Shown here: positions 1 through 10,297 of the stretch, in pieces
Layout: every line of letters starts with the position of its first letter
Position numbering within the stretch: the stretch's first letter is position 1
Assembly (NCBI GenBank): GCA_021734255.1
Contig: JAIPJM010000001.1
Location: 105,434-169,433, forward strand
DNA from: Fidelibacterota bacterium
GTDB lineage: Bacteria; Fidelibacterota; UBA8477; JABMPR01
DNA: 64,000 nt
Direction of reading: 5' to 3'
Position numbers and translations under genes: made by a program
The notes under the pieces: model-generated
Told to the model about the DNA's origin: nothing
Seen by the model: only the letters and a program-made list of their open reading frames with translations
Database searches by the model: none

Positions 1-47
1 TTATTGTGAAGAGAAAAGCACCGGCAAAAGCAGAACCTGAGGAATAA
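1..47 (+). CDS. 3' end of upstream gene (partial; possibly SCO-family protein by operon context)
   Basis: Frame 3 reads IVKRKAPAKAEPEE then TAA at 45-47, 4 nt before the coxI ATG; the product is a guess from context only. Confidence 0.35.
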   Translation, partial: IVKRKAPAKAEPEE

Positions 48-51
48 CGAT

Positions 52-1749
52 ATGGAACCATCCCAAAGCGGCAGTTATCTCCAAAGCCACACGAGCTCCA
101 GATGGACAAAAGGATTTATGAGTTGGTTTATGTCAACGGATCACAAACGCATTGGCATAATGTATGGCGTGAGTATGTTCTCTTTCTTCGGTCTCGCCGT
201 CCTGTTGGGATTTTTTATTAAACTTCAGAAACTCTTCCCGGCTGCCAGTGGATGGGAGATCATTCCGCCCGAGCTATATGGGAGTTTCTTCACCCTCCAT
301 GCAGTCATTATGATCTTTCTATTTATCGTACCTGGAGCACCAGCCATTCTTGGTAACTTTTTCCTCCCGCTCCAGATAGGGGCAAAAGATGTGGCCTTCC
401 CAAGGGTAAACCTCCTGTCATACTGGCTATACCTGTTCGGTGCGGTCATGGCTGTCGCCGGGATTGTTTTGGGCGGCGCCGATACTGGCTGGACCTTTAC
501 GCCGCCATATTCTGTAACCACAAAAACCATTTCTCTATTTGGCTTCACGGTCGACTCAGTATCGTGGATGCTTGTAGCCACTTTTATTTTGGGCTGGGGA
601 ACTATTCTGACAGGGATCAACTTTATCGTTACCATTCACAGAATGAGGGCCGAAGGCATGACCTTCTTTAAAATGCCCCTGTTCACCTGGTCTATTTATG
701 CAACCTCCTGGCTTCAGGTGTTAGCCACACCCGTCGTAGGTATTACCCTGTTGATGATCGTCATTGAAAGGATATTGCCGGTCGGCTTCTTTGATCCAGC
801 CAAGGGTGGAGATCCTATTTTGTTTCAACATCTGTTCTGGATCTATTCACACCCCGCTGTGTATATCATGATCCTGCCGTCCATGGGATTGATCTCGGAA
901 ATCATTCCGACCAACAGTCAGAAATCGATCTTTGGATATAAAAGCATTGCCATCGCATCCTGTAGTATTGCTGGCGTTGGATATCTTCTGTGGGCTCATC
1001 ACATGTTCACAACGGGGATATCGGACTTTGCAGCGATCCTGTTTTCGTTTCTCACATTTTTAGTAGCGATACCAACAGCCATAAAAGTATTTAACTGGAC
1101 CGCCACTCTGTATAAAGGCTCCATAGTTTTAACGCCACCCATGCTGTTTGCTCTGGCATTTATTTTTAATTTCAGTATTGGCGGGTTGACCGGTATGTTT
1201 TTGGGGTCACTTTCAACAGACATACATCTTCATGACACAGACTTTGTTGTTGCTCATTTTCACTACACCATGTTTGGTGGCGCTGCTTTTGGGATCATCG
1301 CTGGTATTTACCATTACTTCTCAAAAATGTTTGGCAAGATGTATTCGATGAAGTGGGCGAACCGCTCATTTATCTTTATGTTCATCGGGTTTAATACGCT
1401 TTACTTCCCCATGCTTATTCTCGGCTTCTTTGGAATGCCGCGTCGCTATCACACCTACCCCGACATCCCGGTTTATAACAACCTTCAGATGCTGTCGACT
1501 TTTGGTTCATGGATACTGGTGACTGGAGTTGTGCTGGTCCTCGGTACCTGGATCCATGGTCTTATAAAAGGCAAAAGGACAACAGAGCAGAACCCCTGGA
1601 ACTCGTCTACGCTTGAGTGGCAAACAGCCACCCCCCCCACCCTCTTTAACTTTGAGGAGGCGGTGGTTGTGACTCGAGAGCCTTATGACTATCACGGATT
1701 CAGAGAAGATGTTAAAAATGGAAAAGCGGCAGGAGTGATCCATGACTGA
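52..1749 (+). CDS. ctaD: cytochrome c oxidase subunit I (heme-copper oxygen reductase, A2 type)
   Basis: TDHKRIG, DVAFPR (D-channel), WIYSHPAVYI (YS variant = A2 family), WAHH, PTAIK (K-channel), VVAHFHY, GMPRRY motifs. Confidence 0.97.
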   Translation: MEPSQSGSYLQSHTSSRWTKGFMSWFMSTDHKRIGIMYGVSMFSFFGLAVLLGFFIKLQKLFPAASGWEIIPPELYGSFFTLHAVIMIFLFIVPGAPAILGNFFLPLQIGAKDVAFPRVNLLSYWLYLFGAVMAVAGIVLGGADTGWTFTPPYSVTTKTISLFGFTVDSVSWMLVATFILGWGTILTGINFIVTIHRMRAEGMTFFKMPLFTWSIYATSWLQVLATPVVGITLLMIVIERILPVGFFDPAKGGDPILFQHLFWIYSHPAVYIMILPSMGLISEIIPTNSQKSIFGYKSIAIASCSIAGVGYLLWAHHMFTTGISDFAAILFSFLTFLVAIPTAIKVFNWTATLYKGSIVLTPPMLFALAFIFNFSIGGLTGMFLGSLSTDIHLHDTDFVVAHFHYTMFGGAAFGIIAGIYHYFSKMFGKMYSMKWANRSFIFMFIGFNTLYFPMLILGFFGMPRRYHTYPDIPVYNNLQMLSTFGSWILVTGVVLVLGTWIHGLIKGKRTTEQNPWNSSTLEWQTATPPTLFNFEEAVVVTREPYDYHGFREDVKNGKAAGVIHD

Positions 1750-2407
1750 ACAGACCGCAACAGTGGAAATTCCCCACCATCACGATGAAACCGGTACACG
1801 GCTGGGCTTCTGGCTCTTTCTCTACACAGAGCTGTTCCTGTTTGCTGCCTTTTTTCTCATTTATGCTGTTTACCGCTCGAACTATCTCGTTGAATTCAGG
1901 ACTGCGGCTGAAAGCCTGAATACAGGCATCGGGACCCAAAACACCATCATCCTGCTTGCCAGTAGTTTGACCATGGTGCTTTCCCTGAACGCATTGAAAG
2001 CAGGTAAGGCCAGAATGGCGAAGACCTTTCTTCAGTTCACCATCACCCTGGGCCTGGCCTTTCTTGTGATCAAAGGATTCGAGTGGGGTGCGAAATTTGA
2101 CCACCACCTGTTCTTACAAACGACGAAAGGAATTGCCGCAGGTGAAGGCTCACTTCTGTTGAACCCCAGCGCTGAGATGTTACCGGTGGGACAGGTTCTA
2201 TTTTTTGGTCTATATTTCATCATGACCGGAACGCACGCCCTCCATATTGTGATCGGCCTGATATGGATGATCATAGTTTATGTCTGGATCTCAAAAGGGT
2301 CTATTAACCCGGATAATTATGGAACACTGGAAAGGTGTGGTCTGTACTGGCACCTGGTTGATCTCATCTGGATATTTTTATTCCCCCTCTACTACCTGGT
2401 TGCTTAA
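1742..2407 (+). CDS. ctaE: cytochrome c oxidase subunit III
   Basis: GFWLFLYTE, TGTHALH, LYWHLVDLIW motifs; overlaps the coxI stop. Confidence 0.95.
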   Translation: MTEQTATVEIPHHHDETGTRLGFWLFLYTELFLFAAFFLIYAVYRSNYLVEFRTAAESLNTGIGTQNTIILLASSLTMVLSLNALKAGKARMAKTFLQFTITLGLAFLVIKGFEWGAKFDHHLFLQTTKGIAAGEGSLLLNPSAEMLPVGQVLFFGLYFIMTGTHALHIVIGLIWMIIVYVWISKGSINPDNYGTLERCGLYWHLVDLIWIFLFPLYYLVA

Positions 2408-2418
2408 AGGGACGCATT

Positions 2419-2712
2419 ATGAAAGATATATTTAAATCTATAAATGTTTTAAATCCGAGTATCGTGTTTATTGTTCTGGTTCTATTGACGATAACAACCG
2501 TTTTGCTTTCAGGTATCGATGTAAGCGATTCTACAGCTGTGATTATTGCTCTTGCTGTAGCTTCAATTAAAGCAGCCCTGGTGCTTACCTATTTTATGCA
2601 CTTGAATCATGAACCACTGGTGTTCAAAGTGTTCCTGGGGGTTGCCTTTTTTACGTTATTGGTCATCTTCCTTCTCACCTTTTCTGATTATTCATTCAGG
2701 GAGATGTCATGA
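2419..2712 (+). CDS. cytochrome c oxidase subunit IV (CyoD/CtaF-like)
   Basis: Three TM helices, KAALVLTYFMHL motif; operon position. Confidence 0.9.
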   Translation: MKDIFKSINVLNPSIVFIVLVLLTITTVLLSGIDVSDSTAVIIALAVASIKAALVLTYFMHLNHEPLVFKVFLGVAFFTLLVIFLLTFSDYSFREMS

Positions 2713-3659
2713 ACGGAGCAACCTCAGTTTTCGTGAGCGATGTAGATTTCAGCTTTTGGCTGATCTTTATCATTTCAGCGCTATGTCTGGTAGGGATCAC
2801 CGGCTTTGTCATTTTCAGTATAATCAAGTATAACAGAAAGAACAATCCAGAGCCGACACATATTGAGGGCCATACGGGCCTTGAGATCGTTTGGACTGTT
2901 ATCCCAACCATCCTGGTCATGTTCATTTTCTATTTTGGAATGAAGGGCTTCATAAAAATGCGATCAGTTCCAGAGAACGCGATGGAGATCCAGGTTGACG
3001 CTGGCATGTGGTGGTGGAAGTTTACCTACCCGAATGGTCTTGAGCAGACAACGGGCCAGGGCTTAACCGTGCCTGTAGACACACCGATCTACTTACCGCT
3101 TCATTCAGTGGATGTCATTCACTCTTTCTATATACCGGCATTTCGCGTAAAAATGGATGTCGTACCAAAGGCGGAAGGAGAAAAACTGAACTACACCTGG
3201 TTTGAAGCAGGAAAGCCCGGCGATTACGATCTGTTCTGCGCTGAGTATTGCGGACTGAACCATGCGCAGATGCTTAGCAAGGTTCATGTTTTATCTCAAG
3301 AAGACTATGACGCGTGGTTTGCTGAAGCCAGCAAGGCTCAGGCAAAACTCAAATCTGAGTCTCCCGGTAAAGCGTTACTCATATCAAAGGGCTGTATTGC
3401 CTGCCACAGTACCGACGGATCAAAACTGATCGGACCAAGCCTGAAGGGATTGATCGGCAAAACAGAGACCGTTCTCACCGATGGTGCAGAGCGAACGATT
3501 ACAGTTGATGACACGTATTTGAGGCGCTCTCTCAACGAACCTGCAGCCGACATTGTTAAAGGGTTTCAGCCACTCATGCCCCCTTTACCGCTCACCCCTC
3601 AAGAGGTCGATGATCTCATTCAGTATATCCATGAATTATCAGAGGAAACTGCAGAGTAG
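2709..3659 (+). CDS. ctaC: cytochrome c oxidase subunit II with fused C-terminal cytochrome c
   Basis: LEIVWTVIP, DVIHSF, CAEYCGLNHAQM (CuA) and CIACH heme c motif. Confidence 0.96.
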   Translation: MNGATSVFVSDVDFSFWLIFIISALCLVGITGFVIFSIIKYNRKNNPEPTHIEGHTGLEIVWTVIPTILVMFIFYFGMKGFIKMRSVPENAMEIQVDAGMWWWKFTYPNGLEQTTGQGLTVPVDTPIYLPLHSVDVIHSFYIPAFRVKMDVVPKAEGEKLNYTWFEAGKPGDYDLFCAEYCGLNHAQMLSKVHVLSQEDYDAWFAEASKAQAKLKSESPGKALLISKGCIACHSTDGSKLIGPSLKGLIGKTETVLTDGAERTITVDDTYLRRSLNEPAADIVKGFQPLMPPLPLTPQEVDDLIQYIHELSEETAE

Positions 3660-3663
3660 CACG

Positions 3664-4518
3664 ATGGTCCAAGCCTACATACAGCTGTTCAGGTTAAAAC
3701 CCATCGGACTTATCATGTCCATGGTCATCTTCGCCCATGTCTATGCACTTAATGAAACAGGACTCTCTTTCAGGTGGGGTCCTGCCATTATTTTATTTCT
3801 GACCACAGCGCTGGCGAATGCGGCTGTTTTTGCCCTCAATCAATATTATGAGCGTGAAGCAGACGCCAAAATGGAAAGAACCAAAAACCGACCCATACCG
3901 TCAGGTCAGATTCCGGCTCAATTCGCGCTTTGGGCAGGAATGGGTTTGTTTGTCTTTTCTATCGCAGCTCAATACTTTTTGATCAACACGAGCACTGCTA
4001 TAGCAACATTCACCTGTGGAGCCCTGTATGTCTGGACCTATACACCGCTAAAGAATCGATCCAGTTTGAGTACACTGGTCGGATCTCTACCGGGGGCCAC
4101 GCTCCCGTTCATTGGCTGGTACTCTGTTACCCAGGGGCTAGACCTGATGATCATCTGGATGTCGATCATGATCTTTCTATGGCAAACACCACACACCTTT
4201 GCCATCGTTTACCGATACAAACGGCAATTTGAAGCAGCTGGCGGTAAACAGCTGGAACTGGTGGCAGGAGAAGACGCTTCATTCAGACAGACCGCCTGGT
4301 ATACGGTCGTGAACTTTCCCCTTATTCTCATTCCGGCTGTGTTTAAAATATCTGGGGATGTATATGTAACGATTGCAGCCCTGTTCACGGTGGTCGCCAC
4401 ATACTTTATGGTAAAATTCTACAGAGAAAGAAGTGAGGGTAGCGCCAAACGCTACTTTTATTTTATGCTAAGCTATCTGCCCGTGCTGTTTACGTTTATG
4501 GCCTGGAACAGAGTTTAA
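3664..4518 (+). CDS. ctaB: protoheme IX farnesyltransferase (heme o synthase)
   Basis: NQYYEREADAKMERTKNRPIPSG, YTPLK, WQTPH motifs; ATG 3664 directly after the coxII stop preferred over the ORF-track start 3553. Confidence 0.93.
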   Translation: MVQAYIQLFRLKPIGLIMSMVIFAHVYALNETGLSFRWGPAIILFLTTALANAAVFALNQYYEREADAKMERTKNRPIPSGQIPAQFALWAGMGLFVFSIAAQYFLINTSTAIATFTCGALYVWTYTPLKNRSSLSTLVGSLPGATLPFIGWYSVTQGLDLMIIWMSIMIFLWQTPHTFAIVYRYKRQFEAAGGKQLELVAGEDASFRQTAWYTVVNFPLILIPAVFKISGDVYVTIAALFTVVATYFMVKFYRERSEGSAKRYFYFMLSYLPVLFTFMAWNRV

Positions 4519-4603
4519 ATAAATTGCTATAAATTTTTCCACAGCCGCAAACAGGACAAACATTAATCTCGAGTTGTTGCAACCGGGGACAAAAAATAAA
4601 GGT

Positions 4604-6070
4604 TTAAGTTTTATCTTCTTTGTATTCAAGCGGCAGTCGAACAGTGAACGAGCTGCCCTTCCCGAATTTGCTTTCAACTTTTATTGAACCACCAAGAAGC
4701 TCTGACAGTTTTTTGCAGATCGAAAGCCCAAGACCCGTGCCTTCAATGTTTGCGCTATTGTCTCCACCCACCTGTCGGAAGGTGCTGAAGATCGTGTCAA
4801 AATCCTCTTCCTTAATTCCGATGCCAGTATCAATTACCTTCACAACAAGAAACCCATCGTCAGGGTAACAGTAGACTTTAACACCACCGGTCTCGGTGAA
4901 TTTGATCGAATTGTTGATGAGGTTGATCACGATCTGCTCGACCCGACGCTTATCACTATAGATGTCGGGAATATCTGGCTCTATATCATATTCAAGCGAG
5001 AGCCCTTTTTTATCCGCAAGCGGCCTGAGTGCGCTACAAGCCATTCCCACCCAGAGATCAACATTAAAGGTCTCGGGGTTGATCGTGATATGTCCGCTCT
5101 CGATCTTGGAAATGTCCAGAACGTCATTGATCAGATCAAGGAGATGAGTAGAGCTGTTCCGCACAATATTCAACTGCTCCTTTTGCTCCTCATTTAGTTT
5201 GCCCGCTTTTTCCTGAAGCAAGATACCGGAAAACCCGATAATAGAGTTTAATGGCGTCCGAAGTTCGTGAGACATAGACGCAAGAAAGGCTGACTTCAGG
5301 TGGTCGGACTCTTCAGCTCGAAGCCTCGCTGCCTCAAGGTCCCGGGTCCTTTCCTGGACCATTTTCTCCAGGTTTTTCTCTGTGTCAGAGATCGTTGCCA
5401 TCATATCGTTAAACCCAGATATCAAGGTGCCAATCTCATCGTTTGTTTTGCGTTCAATGCGTTGAGAATAATCTCCGCTATCACGAACACGCTTGGTCAG
5501 AGCTGCCAGAGAAAGAATGCCCTCAGTTACAGGCTGTTGCGTTTTTAGCGAGATAAAGAACACAAAGACAAGCCCCGCAGCGAACAAAAGAAAGGTTGAG
5601 AGAACCACCGTTCTTACTTGACCTGCTTGAATGTCGGGATCCAGGCGCAAGGCGATGGAGCCTATCTCGGAGCCATCGAAAAGAATGGGTCGATGGAGAA
5701 TCAGGTGACCATCTTTTCGATACTCACCGTAATCCACGTCACGGTTTAACTGATGCGTCAACCCCTGGCGGTATTCGGCAAACAGGGAATCATTGTGGTC
5801 AAAAATAGCCGCCGTTAAAATATCAGGTTGCGTTGATAAAGATTCCAGGACGTCGTTTGCAGCAGCGTTGTCGAAGAAAAGCAGTGCGGAGATACTGTTC
5901 GATCCAAGGACATCCGCCAGAATAGTCATACGGGCATATGTGTTTTCTTCAAGGTGTCGATACTCACTTACCGTATATACTCCGAGAAAAAATACAAGGG
6001 TCAGAACGAGTCCAAAGACCTGAGTAGAGATAAACTTGGTTTTTATGGAGAGATCATTAAAACTATTCAT
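4604..6070 (-). CDS. membrane sensor histidine kinase (periplasmic CHASE8-like sensor, HAMP, HisKA, HATPase)
   Basis: Two TMs, HAMP (DEIGTLISGFNDM), H-box FLASMSHELRTPLN, N/G boxes NNSIKFT, DTGIGI, GTGLGL; ATG 6070 overlaps the YfiR stop. Confidence 0.92.
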   Translation of the reverse strand: MNSFNDLSIKTKFISTQVFGLVLTLVFFLGVYTVSEYRHLEENTYARMTILADVLGSNSISALLFFDNAAANDVLESLSTQPDILTAAIFDHNDSLFAEYRQGLTHQLNRDVDYGEYRKDGHLILHRPILFDGSEIGSIALRLDPDIQAGQVRTVVLSTFLLFAAGLVFVFFISLKTQQPVTEGILSLAALTKRVRDSGDYSQRIERKTNDEIGTLISGFNDMMATISDTEKNLEKMVQERTRDLEAARLRAEESDHLKSAFLASMSHELRTPLNSIIGFSGILLQEKAGKLNEEQKEQLNIVRNSSTHLLDLINDVLDISKIESGHITINPETFNVDLWVGMACSALRPLADKKGLSLEYDIEPDIPDIYSDKRRVEQIVINLINNSIKFTETGGVKVYCYPDDGFLVVKVIDTGIGIKEEDFDTIFSTFRQVGGDNSANIEGTGLGLSICKKLSELLGGSIKVESKFGKGSSFTVRLPLEYKEDKT

Positions 6071-6638
6071 TAATGATAACATCTCCTTCCTCTCCGACAA
6101 GTTCAGCCAGTTTTAACAATTGAGAGCTGGCAACCAGATTGGCTTCTCTCAGCGCTTCACGGTTGATCTCAAGTTTTATTTTCCCCTGGCGTTTCACAAA
6201 ATTTATTGCGCCATCACTGGTTGCAAACCCGAGAGACTCCCCCACATAAAGAATATTCACTTCAGGGTATTCGGGTCTGCGCTCGTGAAAAACCTCCGCC
6301 TGTGAGACAGGAACAAAGAGAATGTCGCATGACTGAACCTCTTCAGGGGTCTCAGTCTTTTGAACCAGAATGGTTTGACCACCCGTTTCGCGTTCCCGGG
6401 CAAGCTGACGCAGGGGGACAAGGATATCATCAAGACCGTAAACCCCAATGGTAAATGTCTTCGCCGAGTCAAGCGTGGTCCAACTGATGTAACGGGTGAA
6501 GTTCATCAGGAAGACAGCCTTCATGCGCGCGTCCGGATTAACCTGTACTCTTTGGGCTTGAACGCCCGCACCCGAGAGGAGAAAAACAAGCAGAAACAAT
6601 TGGCGGAGATGTTTTATTCTGTTGGGTTTAGATACCAC
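6063..6638 (-). CDS. YfiR/DUF4154 family periplasmic protein
   Basis: Signal peptide; KAVFLMNFTRYISW, CDILFV, INF...KLEIN...SSQLLKLA motifs typical of YfiR. Confidence 0.88.
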   Translation of the reverse strand: MVSKPNRIKHLRQLFLLVFLLSGAGVQAQRVQVNPDARMKAVFLMNFTRYISWTTLDSAKTFTIGVYGLDDILVPLRQLARERETGGQTILVQKTETPEEVQSCDILFVPVSQAEVFHERRPEYPEVNILYVGESLGFATSDGAINFVKRQGKIKLEINREALREANLVASSQLLKLAELVGEEGDVIINE

Positions 6639-6807
6639 GATTGGTCTAAGCTCCTTAAGTGTTTAAATGAATCTAAACGCATAAAGTTTGATTCAAATAT
6701 CGAATTCGAATGGTGAAGATCACCCGCTGTATTGAAAATTCAAAAGAAGACGCTTGCCAGAGCTCTCCAGGTAGTACATTTTGTCAATGAAGGGAGACCG
6801 CGTCTGT

Positions 6808-7263
6808 ATGGAAACTACAAGACACTTTACGGCCACAACATTTGTTGTATATAAAGATAAAACACTGCTCCATAAACATATGAAGCTGGATATGTGGCTT
6901 CCGCCTGGTGGACACATCGATAGAGATGAGTTACCTCATGTGGCGGCTAAGCGAGAGGTTTTGGAAGAAACCGGGCTGGAGGTAGAGATCATTCATGATG
7001 AACCCGCGATCTTTTCTGACAACGCCAGGGAGATTCCCGGACCAAGGCACCTCCTTCTGGAGAATATCAATCCATTTCACCAGCACATTGACATGATCTA
7101 TTTTGCCCTGGCGTCCTCTTTTGATGTAAAGCCAGACGCGAACGAAAGCCAGGTTCTCAAGTGGTTCTCCATAGCAGACCTGCAAAGCAGCGATATAGAG
7201 AACGATATTCGAATCCTTGGTGAAGAAGCAGTCAGGGCGCTTGCAGAAGCATGGAGGGCGTAA
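6808..7263 (+). CDS. NUDIX hydrolase
   Basis: Nudix box GGHIDRDELPHVAAKREVLEETGL. Confidence 0.92.
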   Translation: METTRHFTATTFVVYKDKTLLHKHMKLDMWLPPGGHIDRDELPHVAAKREVLEETGLEVEIIHDEPAIFSDNAREIPGPRHLLLENINPFHQHIDMIYFALASSFDVKPDANESQVLKWFSIADLQSSDIENDIRILGEEAVRALAEAWRA

Positions 7264-8492
7264 CCACGAAAAGAAACTATTACGCTTTCGTCTGGCATGC
7301 CATTTTGCTGGCGTTTACCACAACATTTACTGAGATCAATACGGTGCTGCCTGGAATGATCGTCAGATCCGGCGGCGGTCATATACATGTGGGGGTTTTA
7401 ACGGCCATTATGGTGGGCGCACCCATGTTGAGCCAGCTGCTCTTTGCCGGCCTGCTGACACCAAAGCCAAGGAAGAAACCCTTTCTCTTGCTTGGTATTT
7501 ACCTCAGGGTGGGCGCCTTGTTGGGCGTGGCCTGGACCCTGGGTAGGCTAAGCGAAACAGACCCGGCGGTCACAATAGCGCTGGTGTATGGCTGGATGCT
7601 GCTTTTCGCAACAAGCGGGGCCTTCGCAGGTGTTTCATATACAGATATTCTTGGAAAAAGCATCGCCGGTGAGGAAAGAAAACGATTTTTTGTTATTCGC
7701 CAAACACTGTCTGGGTTTGGGGTGCTTGTTTCGGCCTTGATCACAAGGGAGATTCTCAAGCGCCTGGACTACCCCCAGAATTATGAGTGGTTGTTTACAG
7801 TTGCCGCCATCGCCCTTTTTGTTGCCGCCTTTGGCTTTCTGGCCATTCGAGAGCAATCAGTTCGTAGTCGCTTCGAGGGCAGTTCCATACTGACCACCCT
7901 GAAATTTATACCATCCTATCTGAGAGAGGATGGAAACCTGCGTAATTTCATCATTATGAACAACCTGACCGGCTTTGCGACCACCCTGGTACCTTTCTAT
8001 GTCATCCTGGCAAGGGATGCGTACTCCCTGGATGTTGGCGATATTGGAAATTTTCTTCTGGTACAGATCGCTGGCATGATCCTGTCAAACATTGTCTGGT
8101 CACGGATCGTCAAGCAACACGCTTTCAAGGGCGTACTCTTTGCCTGGATCGCCATTGGCACATTTCTACCCCTCCTGGCGCTGATCACCAGTAGCTGGCT
8201 GGGGGAAAATATGTTTCTGGCCGTCTTTTTCTTCAGCGGCTCTGCCATGAGTGCCCGAAAGATCGCCCTGGATGGTGTTCTCCTGGAGATATCAGAAAAT
8301 GACACCCGGGCTCTGTATTCGGGTATCAACGGGGCTTTCAACCTGACCACCGCCCTGTTTCCGCTCATGTCCGGTATCATTATCAGTTTAACAGGTTATA
8401 CCCCGGTCTTTATTCTGGCATCAGTATCCATGCTGGCCTCTGTATACTTTATCCGTCAACTCGATTGCGGCTGGGAACGACATGCTCAATAA
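7251..8492 (+). CDS. MFS transporter
   Basis: About 12 TM segments over 413 aa, MFS-like two-halves layout. Confidence 0.8.
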   Translation: MEGVTTKRNYYAFVWHAILLAFTTTFTEINTVLPGMIVRSGGGHIHVGVLTAIMVGAPMLSQLLFAGLLTPKPRKKPFLLLGIYLRVGALLGVAWTLGRLSETDPAVTIALVYGWMLLFATSGAFAGVSYTDILGKSIAGEERKRFFVIRQTLSGFGVLVSALITREILKRLDYPQNYEWLFTVAAIALFVAAFGFLAIREQSVRSRFEGSSILTTLKFIPSYLREDGNLRNFIIMNNLTGFATTLVPFYVILARDAYSLDVGDIGNFLLVQIAGMILSNIVWSRIVKQHAFKGVLFAWIAIGTFLPLLALITSSWLGENMFLAVFFFSGSAMSARKIALDGVLLEISENDTRALYSGINGAFNLTTALFPLMSGIIISLTGYTPVFILASVSMLASVYFIRQLDCGWERHAQ

Positions 8493-9237
8493 GACAGAAG
8501 CAGTGGTTTTGAAAACCCTGAACCATGGTGATACCAGTAAAATCATCACCTTGTATTCCAAAGACACAGGCAAGCTTAAGCTTATAGCTAAAGGCGTTCG
8601 CTCCCCAAAAAGTAAGGCTGCCGGGCTGTTTCAGCCAACCCGCCACCTTCAGGTGGTTTACTATGAAAAACAGCGTTCAGAGCTGCAATTGTTTAAATCG
8701 GGAGAGCTAATCAGTGGATTTTTCGGCCTGGAGGGTGATTTTGACAGGCTAACCCTGTCACAGGTCATGGTTGAGTTGCTGGACAGGGCCACAGAAGATG
8801 AAGAATTACACGAATCGATCTTTCTCCTGGTGACAGACGACCTGAGGCACTTGAGTGAAAAAGCCTACCCGCCTGCCAGCGTCTACTGGCATTTTCACCT
8901 CCACTTGCTCAGGGAGCTGGGTTATCGTCCCAACCTGAGTCATTGTTCCAGCTGTAACGCTGAATTAAAGGGCGGAGGCTCGCTGGGCCGGTCAAGTTCG
9001 CATCTGGAATGTGCCGCCTGTCATCTTCCAAGCCCGGACTCTATCTTTGTTTCAGACAACACAATCGCATTGATCAACCAGATCCTTGATGAGCCAGAGA
9101 AAACAAAGAACGATCTGGATCTGGCCCCCAAAGAGAGGCGTTCGCTCTGGAATTTTCTGTGGAGATATACTTTTTACCACATCGAGTCAACGCGCGGTAT
9201 GCGCTCACTGAAAGTTCTGAACCAGCTGTATTCCTGA
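8482..9237 (+). CDS. recO: DNA repair protein RecO
   Basis: EAVVLK...SKIITLYS...GKLKLIAKGVR..KSK OB fold; LGYRP.L..CxxC...CxxC zinc finger. Confidence 0.95.
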   Translation: MLNKTEAVVLKTLNHGDTSKIITLYSKDTGKLKLIAKGVRSPKSKAAGLFQPTRHLQVVYYEKQRSELQLFKSGELISGFFGLEGDFDRLTLSQVMVELLDRATEDEELHESIFLLVTDDLRHLSEKAYPPASVYWHFHLHLLRELGYRPNLSHCSSCNAELKGGGSLGRSSSHLECAACHLPSPDSIFVSDNTIALINQILDEPEKTKNDLDLAPKERRSLWNFLWRYTFYHIESTRGMRSLKVLNQLYS

Positions 9238-9253
9238 AAATATGTGTTGCGGC

Positions 9254-10297
9254 TTAGCGCTTCACGATAGAATTATCAAGCAATTTTGAGATCCAGCGAG
9301 TTTCCTCAAAGCTCATGAGGGCGATCTTCATTGACATGGTCAGAGGAACCGATAATATCATCCCCACCGGTCCAAGCACCCACCCCCAAAACAGAAGCGA
9401 GAGAAAGACAACCAGCGTGGAAAGACCCAGTCCGCGTCCCATGACACGAGGCTCCAGAAAACTACCGATCGCTGTATTGACCGCTAAATATCCGAGCCCG
9501 ACGCCGAGGGCGGTCCAGGGGGTCTGGGTTATCAAGGCCAAAAGCACTGGTGGTATGGCAGCCAGGATAGACCCGATATTTGGTACATAATTCAGCGTAA
9601 AGGTGAGAATACCCCAGAGCAGGGCATAATCAACCCCAAGAATAGTTAACCAGATCGTGATGATCGTACCCGTCCCTAGGCTGGTCCAGGTCTTGATCAC
9701 CATGTACCGATTAATGTTCTTGAGAAAAGACCCCAGACCATCGATCTCTTTGGTGTTCTGGTCTACCACTGCGCTGAGTTTGTCACCAAATGTTGCAGCC
9801 TCAAGCAGCATGAAGACCACAACCAACAGGATGAGGAAGGTGTCCCCTAACAGGTTTCCCATACCGGTGAGCAGGCGTGAGGTGAAACGCATGGCCGCTC
9901 CTGGATTAATGAATTCAGCAAAGGTCTGGTCCGAGACAACCACCCCTTTATGTTTTAGCCAGCTCTGCACATCCTGCGTCATTTTCGCTAAGCCCGACTG
10001 ATAAGCAGGCAACTCACGGGTAAAGTCTGTAAAAGAAGAACCGACCATAACAGCCACAATAAACCCGACACTAATGATAATGAGCAGAATGATCAGAATT
10101 GCCACAACCGTGGGAATTCTCTTTGCTTTCAACCAGTTTAGCAGAGGATAGACGATGATGGCGATGAACAGGGAGAGCAGAAAGGGAATAAGAATATCTG
10201 TCGCCGATTTCATTCCGGCGACAACGACTACAAAAGCTGCGGCCGTCAGCAATATTCGCTGAGCTCGATTGAAATCTGAACTTATACCATCACTCAA
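9254..10297 (-). CDS. AI-2E family transporter (PerM/TqsA-like)
   Basis: LNYVPNIGS, LEPRVMG, FWGWVLGPVGMILSVPLT motifs. Confidence 0.92.
   Translation of the reverse strand: MSDGISSDFNRAQRILLTAAAFVVVVAGMKSATDILIPFLLSLFIAIIVYPLLNWLKAKRIPTVVAILIILLIIISVGFIVAVMVGSSFTDFTRELPAYQSGLAKMTQDVQSWLKHKGVVVSDQTFAEFINPGAAMRFTSRLLTGMGNLLGDTFLILLVVVFMLLEAATFGDKLSAVVDQNTKEIDGLGSFLKNINRYMVIKTWTSLGTGTIITIWLTILGVDYALLWGILTFTLNYVPNIGSILAAIPPVLLALITQTPWTALGVGLGYLAVNTAIGSFLEPRVMGRGLGLSTLVVFLSLLFWGWVLGPVGMILSVPLTMSMKIALMSFEETRWISKLLDNSIVKR

Noticed and set aside
3553-3663. N-terminal extension of ctaB
   Set aside because: Overlaps the coxII 3' end; ATG 3664 fits the family length
6668-6711. AT-rich inverted repeats upstream of yfiR (TGAATCTAAAC..GTTTGATTCA)
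   Set aside because: Single occurrence with no matching known operator; too weak to call
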